Part shown: positions 13,205 through 25,905 of the stretch, piece after piece
Layout of the letters: every line of letters begins with the position of its first letter
Position numbering within the stretch: the first letter of the stretch is position 1
NCBI GenBank assembly: GCA_964187785.1
Contig: OZ076416.1
Coordinates: 8,246,001 to 8,310,000 of the forward strand
Direction: 5' to 3'
Length of the DNA: 64,000 nucleotides
From: Amphiscolops sp. MND2022
Lineage: Eukaryota
Position numbers and translations under genes: made by a program
Notes under the pieces: generated by a model
What the model saw: only the letters and a program-made list of their open reading frames with translations
Database searches by the model: none
Told to the model about the DNA's origin: nothing

Positions 13205-13530
13205 GGGGTCAAATTGAAGCATTTTGCCCAGGCAACTGAACAAAAAGGTTTTTCCGTGCATGACATACAATACCGGGCGAGACTAAAGGGTCCCTTATCA
13301 GTTTTTTGGTATTATGAGACTTTTTTCTCGTGAACATTTTTCCCCAAAGTGGCCCTCCTCTTTTTGAAATTTTGCAACAACGGATGTTTAACAATCTGAA
13401 ACGCCCCTCCCCCTTTTAGCGCGCCAGTTGGTCCAACTTTTGAGTTTTTCGGGTACTCTAAAAGAATACTTGACGCTTCGAAATCCGTTTACTATTTCTG
13501 AGCCTTAGATATGGCGCCGACCGGCTTTTT
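13205..13530 (-). mobile_element. Family A (DINE-1/HINE-like) copy, head partly deleted
   Basis: Reverse complement of the 193-636 body; ends TGAGCCTTAGATATGGCGCCGAC. Confidence 0.75.
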
Positions 13531-13780
13531 TTAATGAACCGTTGAATGTATTCGTTGCCAGTCCCCCGGTGGGTCCATCCCACACATGGTCAATGCGTCA
13601 TTGTGACCGTGGTGACAACCGGTGGGGCTGCAATGTAAAACACGATGGCCAACGATAGGTTGACTAGGGTGATTTTCAGCACAGGGATGAATTTTTTTAA
13701 TGACTAGGAGCGACCAAAAATTGACTCTACACTCCGAAATTGGATCGTTTCTATTATTTCCCCCACCGATTTAATTCCCC

Positions 13781-13980
13781 NNNNNNNNNNNNNNNNNNNN
13801 NNNNNNNNNNNNNNNNNNNNNNNNNNNNNNNNNNNNNNNNNNNNNNNNNNNNNNNNNNNNNNNNNNNNNNNNNNNNNNNNNNNNNNNNNNNNNNNNNNNN
13901 NNNNNNNNNNNNNNNNNNNNNNNNNNNNNNNNNNNNNNNNNNNNNNNNNNNNNNNNNNNNNNNNNNNNNNNNNNNNNNNN
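13781..13980. other. Assembly gap (200 N)
   Basis: Run of N. Confidence 1.
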
Positions 13981-14191
13981 TGTTGTTTATCCGGATGTTA
14001 CGGTCTTCTTCTTCTTCATTGCTTCTCTGTGGTCTGTTCCGGCTTTCTTGTAACAAATCATGGTTAGATTTAACTCCTTTTCTGTTGATATTAGTTTGAT
14101 ATGGGATACCGCCCAATTGCCTAATTTGTTTGGTTTGTTTTGCAAATGGGTGTCTTCTAGATCTTCTTACAGGTGATATCGAAAACAAAAG

Positions 14192-14720
14192 AGCTTCCGT
14201 ACTTCCTCTCGAAAAATGCCGTAACGTTTTGTCGACAGGAGACCATAAATCAGTATTTTACTTTCTCGCGGTAATTTTTATTTCTTAACCTGTCGAACTT
14301 AGAAATGTGAGTTTCAGCTTTATATTCTTTTCGGTAATGAAAACTTTCAAGAAATCAACTTCTTGAATTTACGGCAAAAAACTTGCAACGAATCAGAAAA
14401 AATTAGCTTCGCTTCCGTGATGGAACAATTTTTTGGTGATTAAATTCTCAACGAAATCTGCCTTGAAATATTTTGGAGTAGAAGAGTTTCCTAAAAGCAA
14501 TTTTTTTAGAGTTTTTGGTTTGATTCTGTGGTTTAGCCAACTCAATGCGAATAGAGAGAGATCCGGCGATGCCTGGCATTTTTGGATACATAAAAAACTA
14601 AGGAAGAACTGACAAAAAATTGTCACCCTAGGTGTGAAAGAGAAACCCGAAATTTTCTTGGATTTACGAGATTTTTCTCTGCGTAGTTTGAACTATGCGA
14701 CTGCGACTGATACATGATCG
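14192..14720. mobile_element. Uninterrupted copy of the ~530-bp interspersed repeat
   Basis: Roughly 90% identical by eye to 11830-13138 without the MITE; flanks differ. Confidence 0.85.
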
Positions 14721-17700
14721 TATTCTATACCTGTTTCCGGGGTAAGCCTTGTTTCTTTTGAGTGTAATTGCAGTTCGTTCTCAATGTTGGTGTGGACGGG
14801 TTTCCCATCGCTATTGTTGTAACAGTTGAATTCATCATCTGAGATGTTGCTCAAACCCAGAGCTGTTTAAATTTTGTCGGTGCTTTTCTGGTGTGATGTA
14901 AACTGTCCTTTTTTGTTTCGGGGCTGGTCTTTCCTCCGTATCCAGTCCTCGCTTTTCTCGCAATTGTCCGGCTTTGGTGCTTCTTTACTTCTGTAGCCGC
15001 GAGATGTGGATGCCTCTATTGTTTTTGAGCAGGAAGGTTGTTCCCCTGTTGTTTGTCTAGTGCTTATCCGTTTTGTCGGTGATGTCGGGTTCTGAAATAA
15101 TTTGATATAAATTTTCTGTGTTTTCTTTTGTTGTTATTGGTGGTGATTGTGTGTTTCATTCCCAAGACTGCCGTTTGTATCTTGTTACTGAATTTGCTCA
15201 AGGAATTCTTTTTGTATGCTTTTTCATAGAATGAGAAAGGGTAGTTGTTTATACTAACCGTATATAGCGGCTTTTTCGTTTTGTGAAAGTCATCTCCCGT
15301 TTGTACTTCGGATCGTTAGTCTTCTTTTTTGACATCACCAAATGGTCGTGGAACTCCGTGTTATGTAGACGGACAGGTCTTTTGAATAGGCTGAAATAGC
15401 ATTTTTCAGGTTAATTAGTCTTGTTCTGGGTTTTCGTCCAAATTGGAGTTCAAAAGGCGTTTTTTGTATTTCTGAGTGGATGGTGAATCTAAGCACGTGT
15501 AGTGCTTAATCTAAGCTACCACGGAGGTTAATTCTGTCCTTCAAATTTGCTTTTATTAGATTCTTCAGGGATTGGATAGTTCTTTCAGCCAATACTGTAC
15601 CGGTATGTAGTTTTGCTGTACCGTATTTACGGGTGATATTGTTGTCATTGCAGTATTTACCGAACACTTTTGATATGAGTGCTGTCCGTTTTGATTGACT
15701 TCGAACTCTCCGTAACTATTTGTATAATCTTGTAGGAATGTTGTTACGGTTTCGTGGTTAGTATTTTTAAAGGTTTTTGCTACTGGCCACCGATTGTTAC
15801 TATCGACGGCGACTTTTATAAACGGGGAGCATCCAAAGTGTTTGCTATTTAATAAATTTCCCGTTTTTTAAATACGTGCTACCAAATTACCAGTTTGTGT
15901 GCGTAGCGTATCATGCATGACTTACGCGTTGGTGCATTTTCATTGGTTGAAAATCCGTTCGATGCGGTAATTTACCGTCGCTAGCTGCGCGATGGCGTTT
16001 ATTACGAACTCCTCTTCGTAATTTTTTTCCGCTTCCTCGTTTTCGGAACAATATTTTTTTTCAATGTAGTGTGCCAGGCACGGTTGTGAAGTTAGCTCTC
16101 TCTTGATTTTGTTAAAATTGGTGTTTTGTTCTTCCGTCCATTCCCACTTTGTTCCTTTTTTCAGTAGTCGTCTCATATTGTCTGTTTTTTTTGGATAATT
16201 TGGTATGAATTTTGCAGAAAAAAATGAATTGCCCCCAAGAACGATTTTAGTGTTTTCGTGTTGGTCGGGGGTGTAATTTGTTTATTGCCTCCGTTTTTTC
16301 TTTGTTTGGTCTAATCCCGTCTTGTGTGATGGTGTGTCCCAGACATACGGTTTCTTTCAGATAAAATTTTGATTTTTTCTTGCTTGCTTTGCGTCCTTCG
16401 TTTTCTAATTTTGTAAGTACTTTTTCCAGTTTTATCGTGTATTCTTCTTTTGTTCAACGTGTAACAATTATTATGTCGTCCAACCATACGGGTGTTTCGT
16501 GGCCGAGTGTACGGTCTATTTTTTCCTGAAATAATGTAGGTATGGCCACGGGGCCGTAAAATTCCTTTCGGAATCGGTAAGATCCGTTGACTTTTTCTCT
16601 CCTGTAGTTGCGAAGCTGCAGTGTTTGCTCGTTTCGGGGCTAATTTCATCTGGCCGTATGCAAAGTCCAAATCTTCTACGGATATCCAGATTGGATCTGT
16701 GTCCTTCTTTAATATTTCCGCGGACAATTGATTCGGCATCCAGATTCGGCATTTGTGGTCTTTTCTTTATGCAGTTTTCATTTAGTTTTCGGGCGTCCAG
16801 GGCGATTTTGACAGATTTGTTTTTTTTACCGAAATTACCACGGGTGATACAAAACAGTCTTCTGCGATTGTTTCCAATTTTTCCAGGTGTCCTGATTATA
16901 TTAGTTAGTTCAGTTCGTTTTTTACATCCTCCTGTAAATGGTAGGGTATAGGTCGTGCTTTTTGTTGTATTGGGTAACATCCCGGTTTGATTTGTATTTT
17001 GACTTCGGCATTCTCTATTGTGTGGGTGGTAGTGAAGTGTTTGTGATATTTCTTGTATATCATTTCTGATTGGTTGGTTTCATTACCCAATTAAATTTTG
17101 TTTATGGTTATTGGTAGTTGTTTCAGCCAGTTCACTCCAGTTATGGTGTAATGTCGTTTCTTTTGGTGATTAACATTGGTAGTTTGGTTGATCTTTCGTT
17201 ATATTCCACATTCACCCATGTTTTCACCATGAATTTGATTTCATTTTTGTTTACATCTTGATATCTTTCTTTCATCGGTTTGATTTCTTTGATGTCATGT
17301 ATATTCTGGTTTTCTGGTTGTATGGCATGATGGTGACTGGTGAACAGGTGTCAAAAATGAATTTCTGTTCTTCTCTGTTTATTTGTATTCAACACCGTAG
17401 TGGTCATTGTTGTGGGCAGTATTTTGTTTATTTGTGTTTTTTGGCGGATTTCTTCGGGCTCACTTTTTTTTTCGTTGGAACTCGCGTCTTCCACGTAGTT
17501 GATTCTCCTTTGGTCGTTGTTATTCTGTTTGCTCCGGCATACCCAGGCAAAGTGGCCCATTTTCTGGCATTTATTGCATTTCACAGTTTTTGCCGGGCAT
17601 ATGTATTGGGGCTCCAGTTGGTTTGTCCGCGAAAACCGCAGTTGTTTCTTTTAAGTTATGTTGCCGTATTTGCTGGTTTTGTATTTTGGTTCTAATTTTT

Positions 17701-18315
17701 GGATTGGTTCTTCTTTGATTTCTTTGTCTTTTGCCAGTGTGGGTGGTATGGTAGATTGCTTGCGTAGGCAATCGTAGCTGTTTTACGGTGTTTTAAGGTG
17801 GTTTTTAGATTGAGGGTCTTTTCACGGATGAGTTTTTCCCGAAGTTTCTTGTCGGTTATGCTTGTGATGAAATTCGATATAAGTAGATCTTCTTGTTTGA
17901 TATCTTTGAATTCGCAGTTCTTCTTCAGTGTTATGTGCGTTTTCCAGTATTTTCGGGTGTTTCGTTTTCTTCTTGTTTAGTCCAGAAGAAGTGACCACGG
18001 CTGTGGTATGTGTTTCTCTTTGGCATATAATATTTTCGGAATAGTTGTATCGGTTTTGAGTGTGTCAGGATCCGTATTGAATTCGCCTTTTGTGATAATC
18101 TCGTTTGCCGACTTGTCTGATTTCTGGTTCTTTCGTATCCCATGGGTCACCAGTAGGTACTGTGTCATCCGTTAATATTTATTTAATATCAATATTATGG
18201 ATTCTTTTTATGTAATGCCGGAATCTTTCGGTCCATTCTTTGGGTGTGTATAATTTCGTCCCGTCAAGCCCGGTGTCTTCTAGATATGGTAGTTGTATCT
18301 TTGTTGCCACGGCCA
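14720..18315 (-). pseudogene. Degenerate Ty3/gypsy retrotransposon internal region (gag, RT, RNase H, integrase remnants)
   Basis: Gag zinc knuckle CNKCQKMGHFAWVC (~17580); KSVKIALDARKLNENCIKKRPQMPNL; DLDFAYGQMKL; TPVWLDDII at ~16480; WEWTEEQ...LTSQPCLAHY. Many stops and frameshifts. PBS-like TGGCCGTGG next to the putative LTR. Confidence 0.85.
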
Positions 18316-18316
18316 T

Positions 18317-18502
18317 TGTGTAGTAATTATAGGTTGATAAAAGTGTTTTGTACCGTGAGAAGAGTGTTTGATAAAAATCTTGCTACTGCCTCAAGTTAAG
18401 AATCTAGGTTAAAACCATCGGTTCGTAACGTTTAAATACCCAACTGTATATCGAGGTTTCTATATCAACAATGGTCTATATATATTGCCTTGGCCTGTCA
18501 CA
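18317..18502 (-). mobile_element. Putative 5' LTR of the 14720-18315 element
   Basis: TGTGACA...CTACACA termini on minus, immediately followed by TGG (PBS-like) and the gag remnant. No 3' partner found. Confidence 0.5.
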
Positions 18503-19717
18503 GGGGGTTGATTAACAGAAAAGGTCCCCGTAATTTTGACCTCTAAAACGTGACTTTTTTGACCAACAAATTCAATAAATTGACAGTAAAAAAGACATTA
18601 TTGACCAAAAATCGATAATAATCAACCCTATATTCAACAAAAATCTATAATTCAGAGCAAATACCTGGTTAATTACTAAACAACAATGTTGTTGTAATAC
18701 GAAATCAAATATTTTTGAACATTCTTAATAGCAAAACTTCGATTCGATAAATCCTGAAAACTAAGCAAGTGTTGACCAATCAGCGACAAGCGCACGAAAA
18801 TTGACAAAACTGACTTAATTGACTTTTTTGACCTGTGGTTGCTCCTATATATGACACTTTCGCACATTTTGCAAAATCGTGCCAGATCTTACAAGTCACC
18901 TTGTGAATTAACTTCGAAGTGATGCTTCGGTTGTTTTTACTTTTGCAAGCATGCAAGTTCTTTCACTGAGTAATTTAAAACTAACGATTAGTTGTTAAAA
19001 GTGACACTTGAACGTTTTTGTAGACTCTTCTCTAGAATGGCTACTTTGAGAAAAATCGACTTTACAACTTTTCACCACCAAAAATGAGAACTACTGGTTA
19101 GAAGAGATTCGGCTTTGTAATTTTTTACAAAGAGCCGGTCGTGATTTCGAGCATTGATTGAACTTTAAAGCTCAGATCTATTTTATCTGAAGTTTTGTTT
19201 GATTTTGTTGACTACTCTGAAACTAACTTCAAAGCCCGTTTGTGACTTTGATAGTAAAAATAACTACTTTTCATGTTAATTCCTATCAAAGAGGCTGAAT
19301 TTTTATAGAGCTATAGTCTCGACTGATTTATATCCAGCCATTGAATCTGTTTCTAAACAAAACTTTATACGTAAATAGAGTATTAACTTATAAATTTATA
19401 AGTTAACCTACCGCTTGGCAATCGCTGACTGAAGTCAATTTAACAGTTCACACATGAACAAGTTTTTGGACGGCCAAACCGGAATATTTATAATCCAAGT
19501 TGTGGTTTTCTTTAGTTTGAACGAGCATTTGTCAGTCTTATAGAACTATATACATGTAATTGCTTTGAAGCTTCTCACTGAAACGTCAAACTTCCAAATA
19601 AGTTTCAGTTTGCCAGTGAATAATTTTCAATTAGTAATTATAACTGAGAAAATTCGAAAATACCAATTTCATATTAATTACATTTCGTAGCCCCAAACCA
19701 ACACCCGTGTTTCTATC

Positions 19718-20100
19718 GGTTACAACCGATGACAATTTCAAGCTTTTGCACTTTCAACCTTCGGCAATTTTGACCCAAACTATTTTTGGCTATTTAGTTC
19801 TTATTCAGTTGAGTTATTATTTCAGTACAGCAGTTAGTAAACAATCAAGCAGGTTTAATTAATGGTAATTTTCCATGAAAGCGCTAAAACGAATTAGAAC
19901 TGGCGTAAAAAATAGCACATTCGTTTTTAGAAATGTATGAAAATTAAAACCTCCTAAAATAATTATATAACTAATTAGGATTCATTAGCCAAAATTAGTT
20001 GAGGTCGAAATTGCAGAAAGTTGAAAATGCAGTAGGTTAAAATTGTGAGCAGTTGAAAAGGCAAGTATTGAAATTTCTCAGGATGAAATGTTTTGACACC
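19718..20100. mobile_element. MITE with TTTCAACC arrays, copy 2, 9-bp TSD
   Basis: GG...CC termini; flanks GTTTCTATC (19709-19717) and GTTTTTATC (20101-20109). Interior is homologous to 10473-10895. Confidence 0.75.
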
Positions 20101-20884
20101 GTTTTTATCTGTTAGTTTTACCTCTGGAACATTTATCTCTGGAACTTTCTTTGATCTTTAGTCGCAAAACTGAGGGATTATCATAAAATTTTGAAGCTAT
20201 AAAAGTTATTAATAATATTATTTCATAAACACCTACTTCTATTACTGTAGGGCTAAAAATCAGTGAGAATTTATAATCTTTCATGAACTTCCGGCGTGGA
20301 ACTAATCTAGTTCAGTCATAATCGGGTTGAGAGCTGTTATAACCACGTTATAAACCCAATGATTTTATGACCCGTTTTTCGACACAGATCACAGTAGCGG
20401 TGAGATTTTACTTGGTAAGCCTAGAAAGCGGAATTATCAAACCTCAATTTTGTTTCTTAGAGAAAGTTAGCTTTTGTCGCTAACTTTCAGTTTGAGCGTA
20501 GTCATTAAAGTTCCCAAATATGTCTCGATGATGTTTAAATGTTTGGAGAAAACCAACGAAGTACTTCTCAAACAAAGCTTCTTAATCGGCAAACATTCGT
20601 AACTTCTTTCCTATCTTACCATTACCTTATACGTTATTATGACACTTCACCTTTATTTATAACTAGTTTATAACCAACCAAGATCGATTACTACGATTAC
20701 CTTAGCAAACTCATACATACGGGGGTACCTACACATTAATCATCCCAGATCTGTGGAATTCGAATTGATTATACGTTCCAAACTTACATCAGTTCAGCTC
20801 AAATATTCTGCGTTAACCACTTCCAAATTAACCCACAGAAGATCCGGATTATTCATTTTTGGGTGATTTTGATTGGATCTAAAC

Positions 20885-21130
20885 ATGTCCAGATCGAGTT
20901 GGATTGAAGATCTAGAACACCGGATGATGAGTTTGAAAGCGGAAATGGAGAAAAACAAAGGTCATGACCGAAAAGAGCTCACTTCCAAATTTCAAGACTG
21001 TCTCAGTCTTGTGGAGGATCTGAAAAGTAGTCACGAGTTCGGAATGACATCATCGCCCATCATGACGTCATCGATTGCGTCATCATCAGTTACGTCATCA
21101 CCGATGGTTTCTCGACCGGATGTTGAAAAA
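20885..21130 (+). CDS. Unknown host gene 1, probable coding exon 1 (N-terminal coiled coil plus Ser/Thr-rich tract)
   Basis: ATG at 20885; MSRSSWIEDLEHRMMSLKAEMEK... Phase-0 donor AAA|GTGACA matches the phase-0 acceptor at 22011, but the donor is weak. Confidence 0.55.
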
Positions 21131-21189
21131 GTGACATGTTAGTGCAATAAAATTTTCATGCCAACTTAAGAAAACTTTCCCAAATTTTT

Positions 21190-21450
21190 CGGGAAAAAAT
21201 CGTTTCACCTTAAGTTGACCAGGAAAATTTTGGATCCATCCAAAAATCGGGTGCTCAAACTTTAAACCGCAATGTCTCCTAAACTAGCTCGCCGCACTGG
21301 CTCCGGACTTTGCGCCAAAACTTTGCACGCGTCGTGTCTCGATTGCTTTTAAGCATGTTTCAAAAGAAGCTGGGGCCGCTTTGACCCAATGTTGATACCA
21401 GTGAGATAAAAGGGCCACAAACGAAAACTGGAAAAACGGAAAATCTGCAC
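21190..21450. repeat. Interspersed repeat; diverged inverted copy at ~53845-54110
   Basis: Shared blocks such as TTTAAACCGCAA, GCACTGGCTCCGGAC.TTGCGCCAAA and GGAAAA...AAAATCTGC. Confidence 0.55.
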
Positions 21451-22010
21451 TCATTTTTTTTTGATTTTTTGGTCCCTTTTTCTGGATTTCGGAGACATCA
21501 TGTCAATATTCCGTGAAAAGGCGCCGAATGCTATGCAATATCGTGTGAAAATATGATTCAAGAGTTTTCTTTACCATACAATCAGCTGGTGTGTTTAGAA
21601 TTTGCAGAAACTAAATGTGCCAAATTTGGCACAGTGGCCAAGTTAAGGTTATATTGTATTTGTTTCAACGGAGTTGTCAAGTTTTGTGTTCTATATGTCG
21701 GATATAAACGTCTTAGCATTGTTATTTCCAAAAAAACTTTCTCGATTAAATTTCAACGTAATATCAGCATTGTTTTGATAAATACTCGCAAATTGAGCAA
21801 AAAAGTAATGTTAAATATGAGGATAATTTTCAAACATCTATTGCACGATACACAACTAAAAAATTTCTTGAATTCAAAAAATGAGTGGCATTTGTATCAA
21901 CTTTCTATCGTCTTCAACAATTTGATCTTGCGTACGTGCAGCGTGCGATACTAGAATTGTAATAATATTATCACAAACATCAACATTTCATTACAAACTG
22001 AAGTCCTCAG

Positions 22011-22677
22011 ATTCGAAGTATCTTAATGGATCAAAAAAGGCTGTATCTGAAAAATCCCAACCAAAACTCCTCGTTTCAGAGAAGAAAACTCAAACCAGCG
22101 AAATCTTTCAACTTTCTTTCAGGTCATTCACCTAATGACGTAACAAAGGTACCGCAACCAGTAGCAGACAAGAATGAATCCAATCTATTTGCCGTTAATT
22201 CTATTTATTCATCATCGGCTACTTTCCAAATTCCATGCCAGAAATCAACTTTATCTTTGATTTTGGAAGACAAAACCTCGAATATTTCATGTTCGAAAAG
22301 GCTTCGTAATAATGAAGAAAACCGAAACAACGCTACAACTAATCAATCATCCAACTTCGTGTCCAATGACAGCGGGTGTGCCTGCTCTCCCGAGGGATCC
22401 CCGCAGTCGTCAACCAATGAGAACTCACCAAATGGTCATCAAACTTCGAACGAGCAAAAGCCGAAGAGAAACAATGCTTCAAATTCTTCTCAAACATCCA
22501 GAGACGTTCCGTTCACACAAGATCCGCTAGCTTTTCTTCAAGATTCACTTTTTAGCCACCAAGAACTGTGCTCTGGAACCAAATTGGAAGATAGTGAAAG
22601 TTCCGGATGTCCGGATTGCTGTGAATGCAGTCTAAAAGACATGACGTCATTTTATTCCAGCATGGCCAGTATTAAAG
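22011..22677 (+). CDS. Unknown host gene 1, exon 2 (Ser/Asn-rich)
   Basis: Acceptor CCTCAG|ATT just after an in-frame stop; open frame; strong donor AAAG|GTAAGT (phase 1). Confidence 0.8.
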
Positions 22678-22896
22678 GTAAGTATGCGACACTTGCAAAA
22701 TTTAATCCAACAACACAGAGAGAATATAATAGTACATCTAGTCTAGTCTTTCAGGGAAATGATTTTTTTTCAAAACTTTTGTTTTTTTTCGAACTATGTT
22801 TCTCACCAAGGGACCGCGGGGGAAATAGGAGACGGGGTTCAAATACCATTATGTCGACATCGTTTTGCGCTGATATTTAGGTCAAATTGAATAGTT

Positions 22897-23095
22897 GATG
22901 TAGTAACTTGGAGAAACAAGAGGATAAATACAGTGAAATAAAAAGCAAGAGTGTAAGTATCAAAGCAAATCTGAATTGTAACTGATATTTCAGTGTCTTT
23001 TCATATATGCATTAACATTACATGACATCATAAAAGTGGCAGGTAGTTCAATGTTCATTTTAATTGTATTGTTCGTTTTGCCATTTCATGCCACA
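22897..23095 (-). mobile_element. 3' LTR (~200 bp) of the gypsy element at 22897-30455
   Basis: Begins TGTGGCATG directly after a polypurine tract; ends ...AGTTACTACA(TCA), resembling the end of the 18317 LTR. Left boundary uncertain by a few bp. Confidence 0.7.
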
Positions 23096-23109
23096 TTCCC
23101 CTTCTTCCG
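23096..23109 (-). promoter_or_regulatory. Polypurine tract (plus-strand primer)
   Basis: GGAAGAAGGGGAA immediately before the TG of the LTR. Confidence 0.75.
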
Positions 23110-23226
23110 GGATCTTCTAAGGGAACCACTGTTGTCGTGGAATGTCTTTCTTGATCCGTGGAAATGGAGTGAACGGAAATCGAGCTGGAGTGGTGAAAGT
23201 GTAGGTGTCTCCTAAACGTAAAAGAT

Positions 23227-23850
23227 TTAAAAATATTCTACCCCACCTAGTTTCACTACTCTTCGTGCTGATTTTATTCTTTCGGATCTACGCGGTTCAG
23301 GTTCTAATTTTGTTTGATTTTTTCCAAAGTAAGAGTTTTGTTCCACCTTAATTTTACCTGTTATCCCGTCTCCTGGTTCGGCGATTTCGATTCCAGTATC
23401 AAGCGTTGTTTGGCGGTGTATCGGTGTGCCCTGAACGTCCGGTTGTGGTGGAGTTCTGGCCCGTCCGGTGCTACATCCGACTTGTGTTGTGGGTGCCGGT
23501 GTCTGCTCCCGCAATCTTTCAATTTCCCGTCCGATCTCGGCTCTGATGTCTGTCTCCTCCGGATCTTCTTCTTCTCTGTCGGAGTTGGAGTTATCTTCTC
23601 CCGAGCTGGGGTCGGCGGTGTTGGATTCTTTGCTGGATGAATCGTAAGTGATTATCCGCTTGTACTTCTTCTTTGCGGGCATTGTCAGGAAGTTGCGGCT
23701 GGTGCTAGGTCCTTCCTCGGCGTCATTGTTATTACTGTCTAGTTGTCGGTGTGCTTCGCAGTATTTGTCGCTACTGAATTTCCCGCACCTTTTGCAGCGG
23801 GTAATGGCCTTCTTCGATTCGTCTGGTTTCCTTTGGGTCTGAAATTTTAA
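23227..23850 (-). pseudogene. Integrase C-terminal extension of gypsy Pol (frameshifted from the integrase ORF)
   Basis: Minus frame reads ...ITRCKRCGKFSSDKYCEAH..., then an acidic tract, then PRRSERIKSARRVVKLGGVEYF*; includes ORF 23227-23682. Confidence 0.65.
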
Positions 23851-23854
23851 AGGT

Positions 23855-25183
23855 TTAGAGGCGAGTTTTTTTGTGTATTATCCTCCCATCAGAGGTAGTG
23901 ACAGTGTGATCGGTTTCTTTTGTTGCCGTTAAATTTTTATCTGTTTTAAAACCACATTTCATTGAAATGGGTCTGTTTTCTTTTTCTAAAAATTGGTATT
24001 TTTTGAATTTCCGGCTTACCGAACGGCTTCTTTTTCGGGTATCGTTGAGCACCAGGTAGTCGGCCATTTCCCCTTCAGCATCGTTGATGGTGACTACTTG
24101 TAACTCTGTTGGTTGTGCTAAAATATATTTAGTTAGCGTTTTCTTCCAATTGGATAGCAGACATTCAGGTTTACCGATTATGTTGATAAGTGCAGTTCGT
24201 GGTTTTCTGCCTAAGTGCATTTGAAAAGGCGTCATGTTTAGTCTACTGTGTGGAGTCTGTCTGATTGTTTTGATTGCTAATTGGATGCTGTCTTCAAATT
24301 TTAATCCATCGGCCATATTCGCTCTAGTTAATGACTTAATTGTCCGTATCATACGCTCGACTAGACCAGTGCCGGTATGTAGGTTCGGAGTGCATCTTAT
24401 ACGTTTTATGTTTTCATCCGTACAAAAATTTTTGAATTCGCTGCTTTTGAAGCAGCTGCCGTTATCGGTTCTAATGCACTGTGGTGTCCCGTTGTTTGTG
24501 AAATACTCGGTTAAAAATTTTAAAACGGTCCGAGTATCCGCACTTTTACATACTTTTGCGGTGGGCCACTTGCTAAAACGGTCTACTGCTACTAAAATGT
24601 AAACATCACCGCGTGATTTTGATTTGATTGGACCGGCGAAATCCAATTGAATCTCCTGATTCGGTTCGGTTAAAATTTCTAAATTATTTTTTTCCGTTGA
24701 CGGAATTTGTGTAATGATGTTCTTACCTGCAGCTCTACAGCTCGGGCATGTTTCCGCTTTTTCGTGTACATCTCGGTTCAAGCCGGGCCACCAGAAGGCT
24801 TCTGCAAGTTGTTCCATTTTGTTTTTGGAGACATGGCCGTGGTGCAGCATAGCAATGAATGTCGACCGCATGTTTTCCGGTATGACTATTCTGTCGTTAT
24901 ACAATAGCAGTCCGAATCTGGTTGATAGATGTAGGCGGTGGGGGCGGTATGGATAGAATATGCTCTCCAGTTGTTGCTGTTCAATTGCGGCAATTGTATT
25001 TAGGATTTTGATATCGCGTGCTGTCTCCTCCACCAGTAGAGGCAGGTCCAATGCGAAATCCTTCTCTGCTTTCTTTAGTACGTCAGCGGTCTTCTCATTT
25101 TGTTCTGGCTCTAGCGTGTTCAGTTTGGCCGTCTGCTTCAGTCTAATGAGATTGACCGTTTCGTGTTTCTTGAACCGTCTCAA
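23855..25183 (-). CDS. Ty3/gypsy integrase (HHCC zinc domain plus DD35E core), 442-aa open frame
   Basis: HHGH...WWPG...CPSC; QLDFAGP; TDNG followed by E after exactly 35 residues (GLVER). Confidence 0.92.
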   Translation of the reverse strand: MRRFKKHETVNLIRLKQTAKLNTLEPEQNEKTADVLKKAEKDFALDLPLLVEETARDIKILNTIAAIEQQQLESIFYPYRPHRLHLSTRFGLLLYNDRIVIPENMRSTFIAMLHHGHVSKNKMEQLAEAFWWPGLNRDVHEKAETCPSCRAAGKNIITQIPSTEKNNLEILTEPNQEIQLDFAGPIKSKSRGDVYILVAVDRFSKWPTAKVCKSADTRTVLKFLTEYFTNNGTPQCIRTDNGSCFKSSEFKNFCTDENIKRIRCTPNLHTGTGLVERMIRTIKSLTRANMADGLKFEDSIQLAIKTIRQTPHSRLNMTPFQMHLGRKPRTALINIIGKPECLLSNWKKTLTKYILAQPTELQVVTINDAEGEMADYLVLNDTRKRSRSVSRKFKKYQFLEKENRPISMKCGFKTDKNLTATKETDHTVTTSDGRIIHKKTRL

Positions 25184-25905
25184 TGCGTTGGTGGGGCATT
25201 TGTCTTGCTTTGTCCGGCTCGTCTGGCTTTCTCCATCGGACTGATTGCTGTTGGTTCAGGATTCATTGTTGTTCTCATTTCGTCGGTTTTCTTCGATAGA
25301 TTGTTGATAAACTTTGATAAATGTTGTATTGATCCCAGGAATGATTTCAGTTCTTTCACGTTCTTCGGGGCTTCTAATTTAGTTATTGCTTCCGTTTTGT
25401 CCTTGATTGGTTTAACGCCGTTTTGGTTGATACAGTAGCCGAGCCAAGTTAATTCCTTTCTGAATAATTCTGTTTTCTTTTCACTTGCCCGATAACCAGC
25501 GTCTTGCCAAAACTTTGACAAAACTTCTCGCAATTCATTTTCATGATCTTCGATATCGCCGTTAGTCACGCATATGATGTCGTCTAGCCAGACCGGTGTT
25601 TTGAATTCCAACACGGAGTCGATGTGCTCTTGGAATACCGTAGGGATGTCGGATAAGCCGTAGGAGCCTTTCTTGAACCGGTAGTGTCCGGTGAATTCTC
25701 CCCCAATGATGGAGAATACGCAGTGTCTTGCGGCTTCTTTCGACAATTTCGCTTGTCCGTATGCATAATCCAGATCGATTTTGGACATGCAAATATCCCC
25801 ATTTCCTTTGGTAATTTTTGCGGAGATTTTGCTAATCAATTCTTCCATGTTCGGCATTGCAGCTTTTCTTTTTATACATGCGTCGTTCTTGCTGACGGTC
25901 AACAT
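25180..25905 (-). pseudogene. Truncated gypsy RT (copy 1; RNase H deleted)
   Basis: Same as the N-terminal part of the 542-aa ORFs up to KKTDEMR, then jumps at TTCT microhomology to linker sequence. Confidence 0.9.

Noticed and set aside
13740-14188. ORFs of 119 and 144 aa
   Set aside because: They run through the 200-N gap; artefacts.
21553-21954. 133-aa ORF as an exon of gene 1
   Set aside because: AT-rich intron-like composition (F/I/K/L-rich); no phase-compatible splice sites needed for the model.
22678-22880. 3' part of the 284-aa ORF
   Set aside because: Lies after a consensus GTAAGT donor; read-through into the intron.
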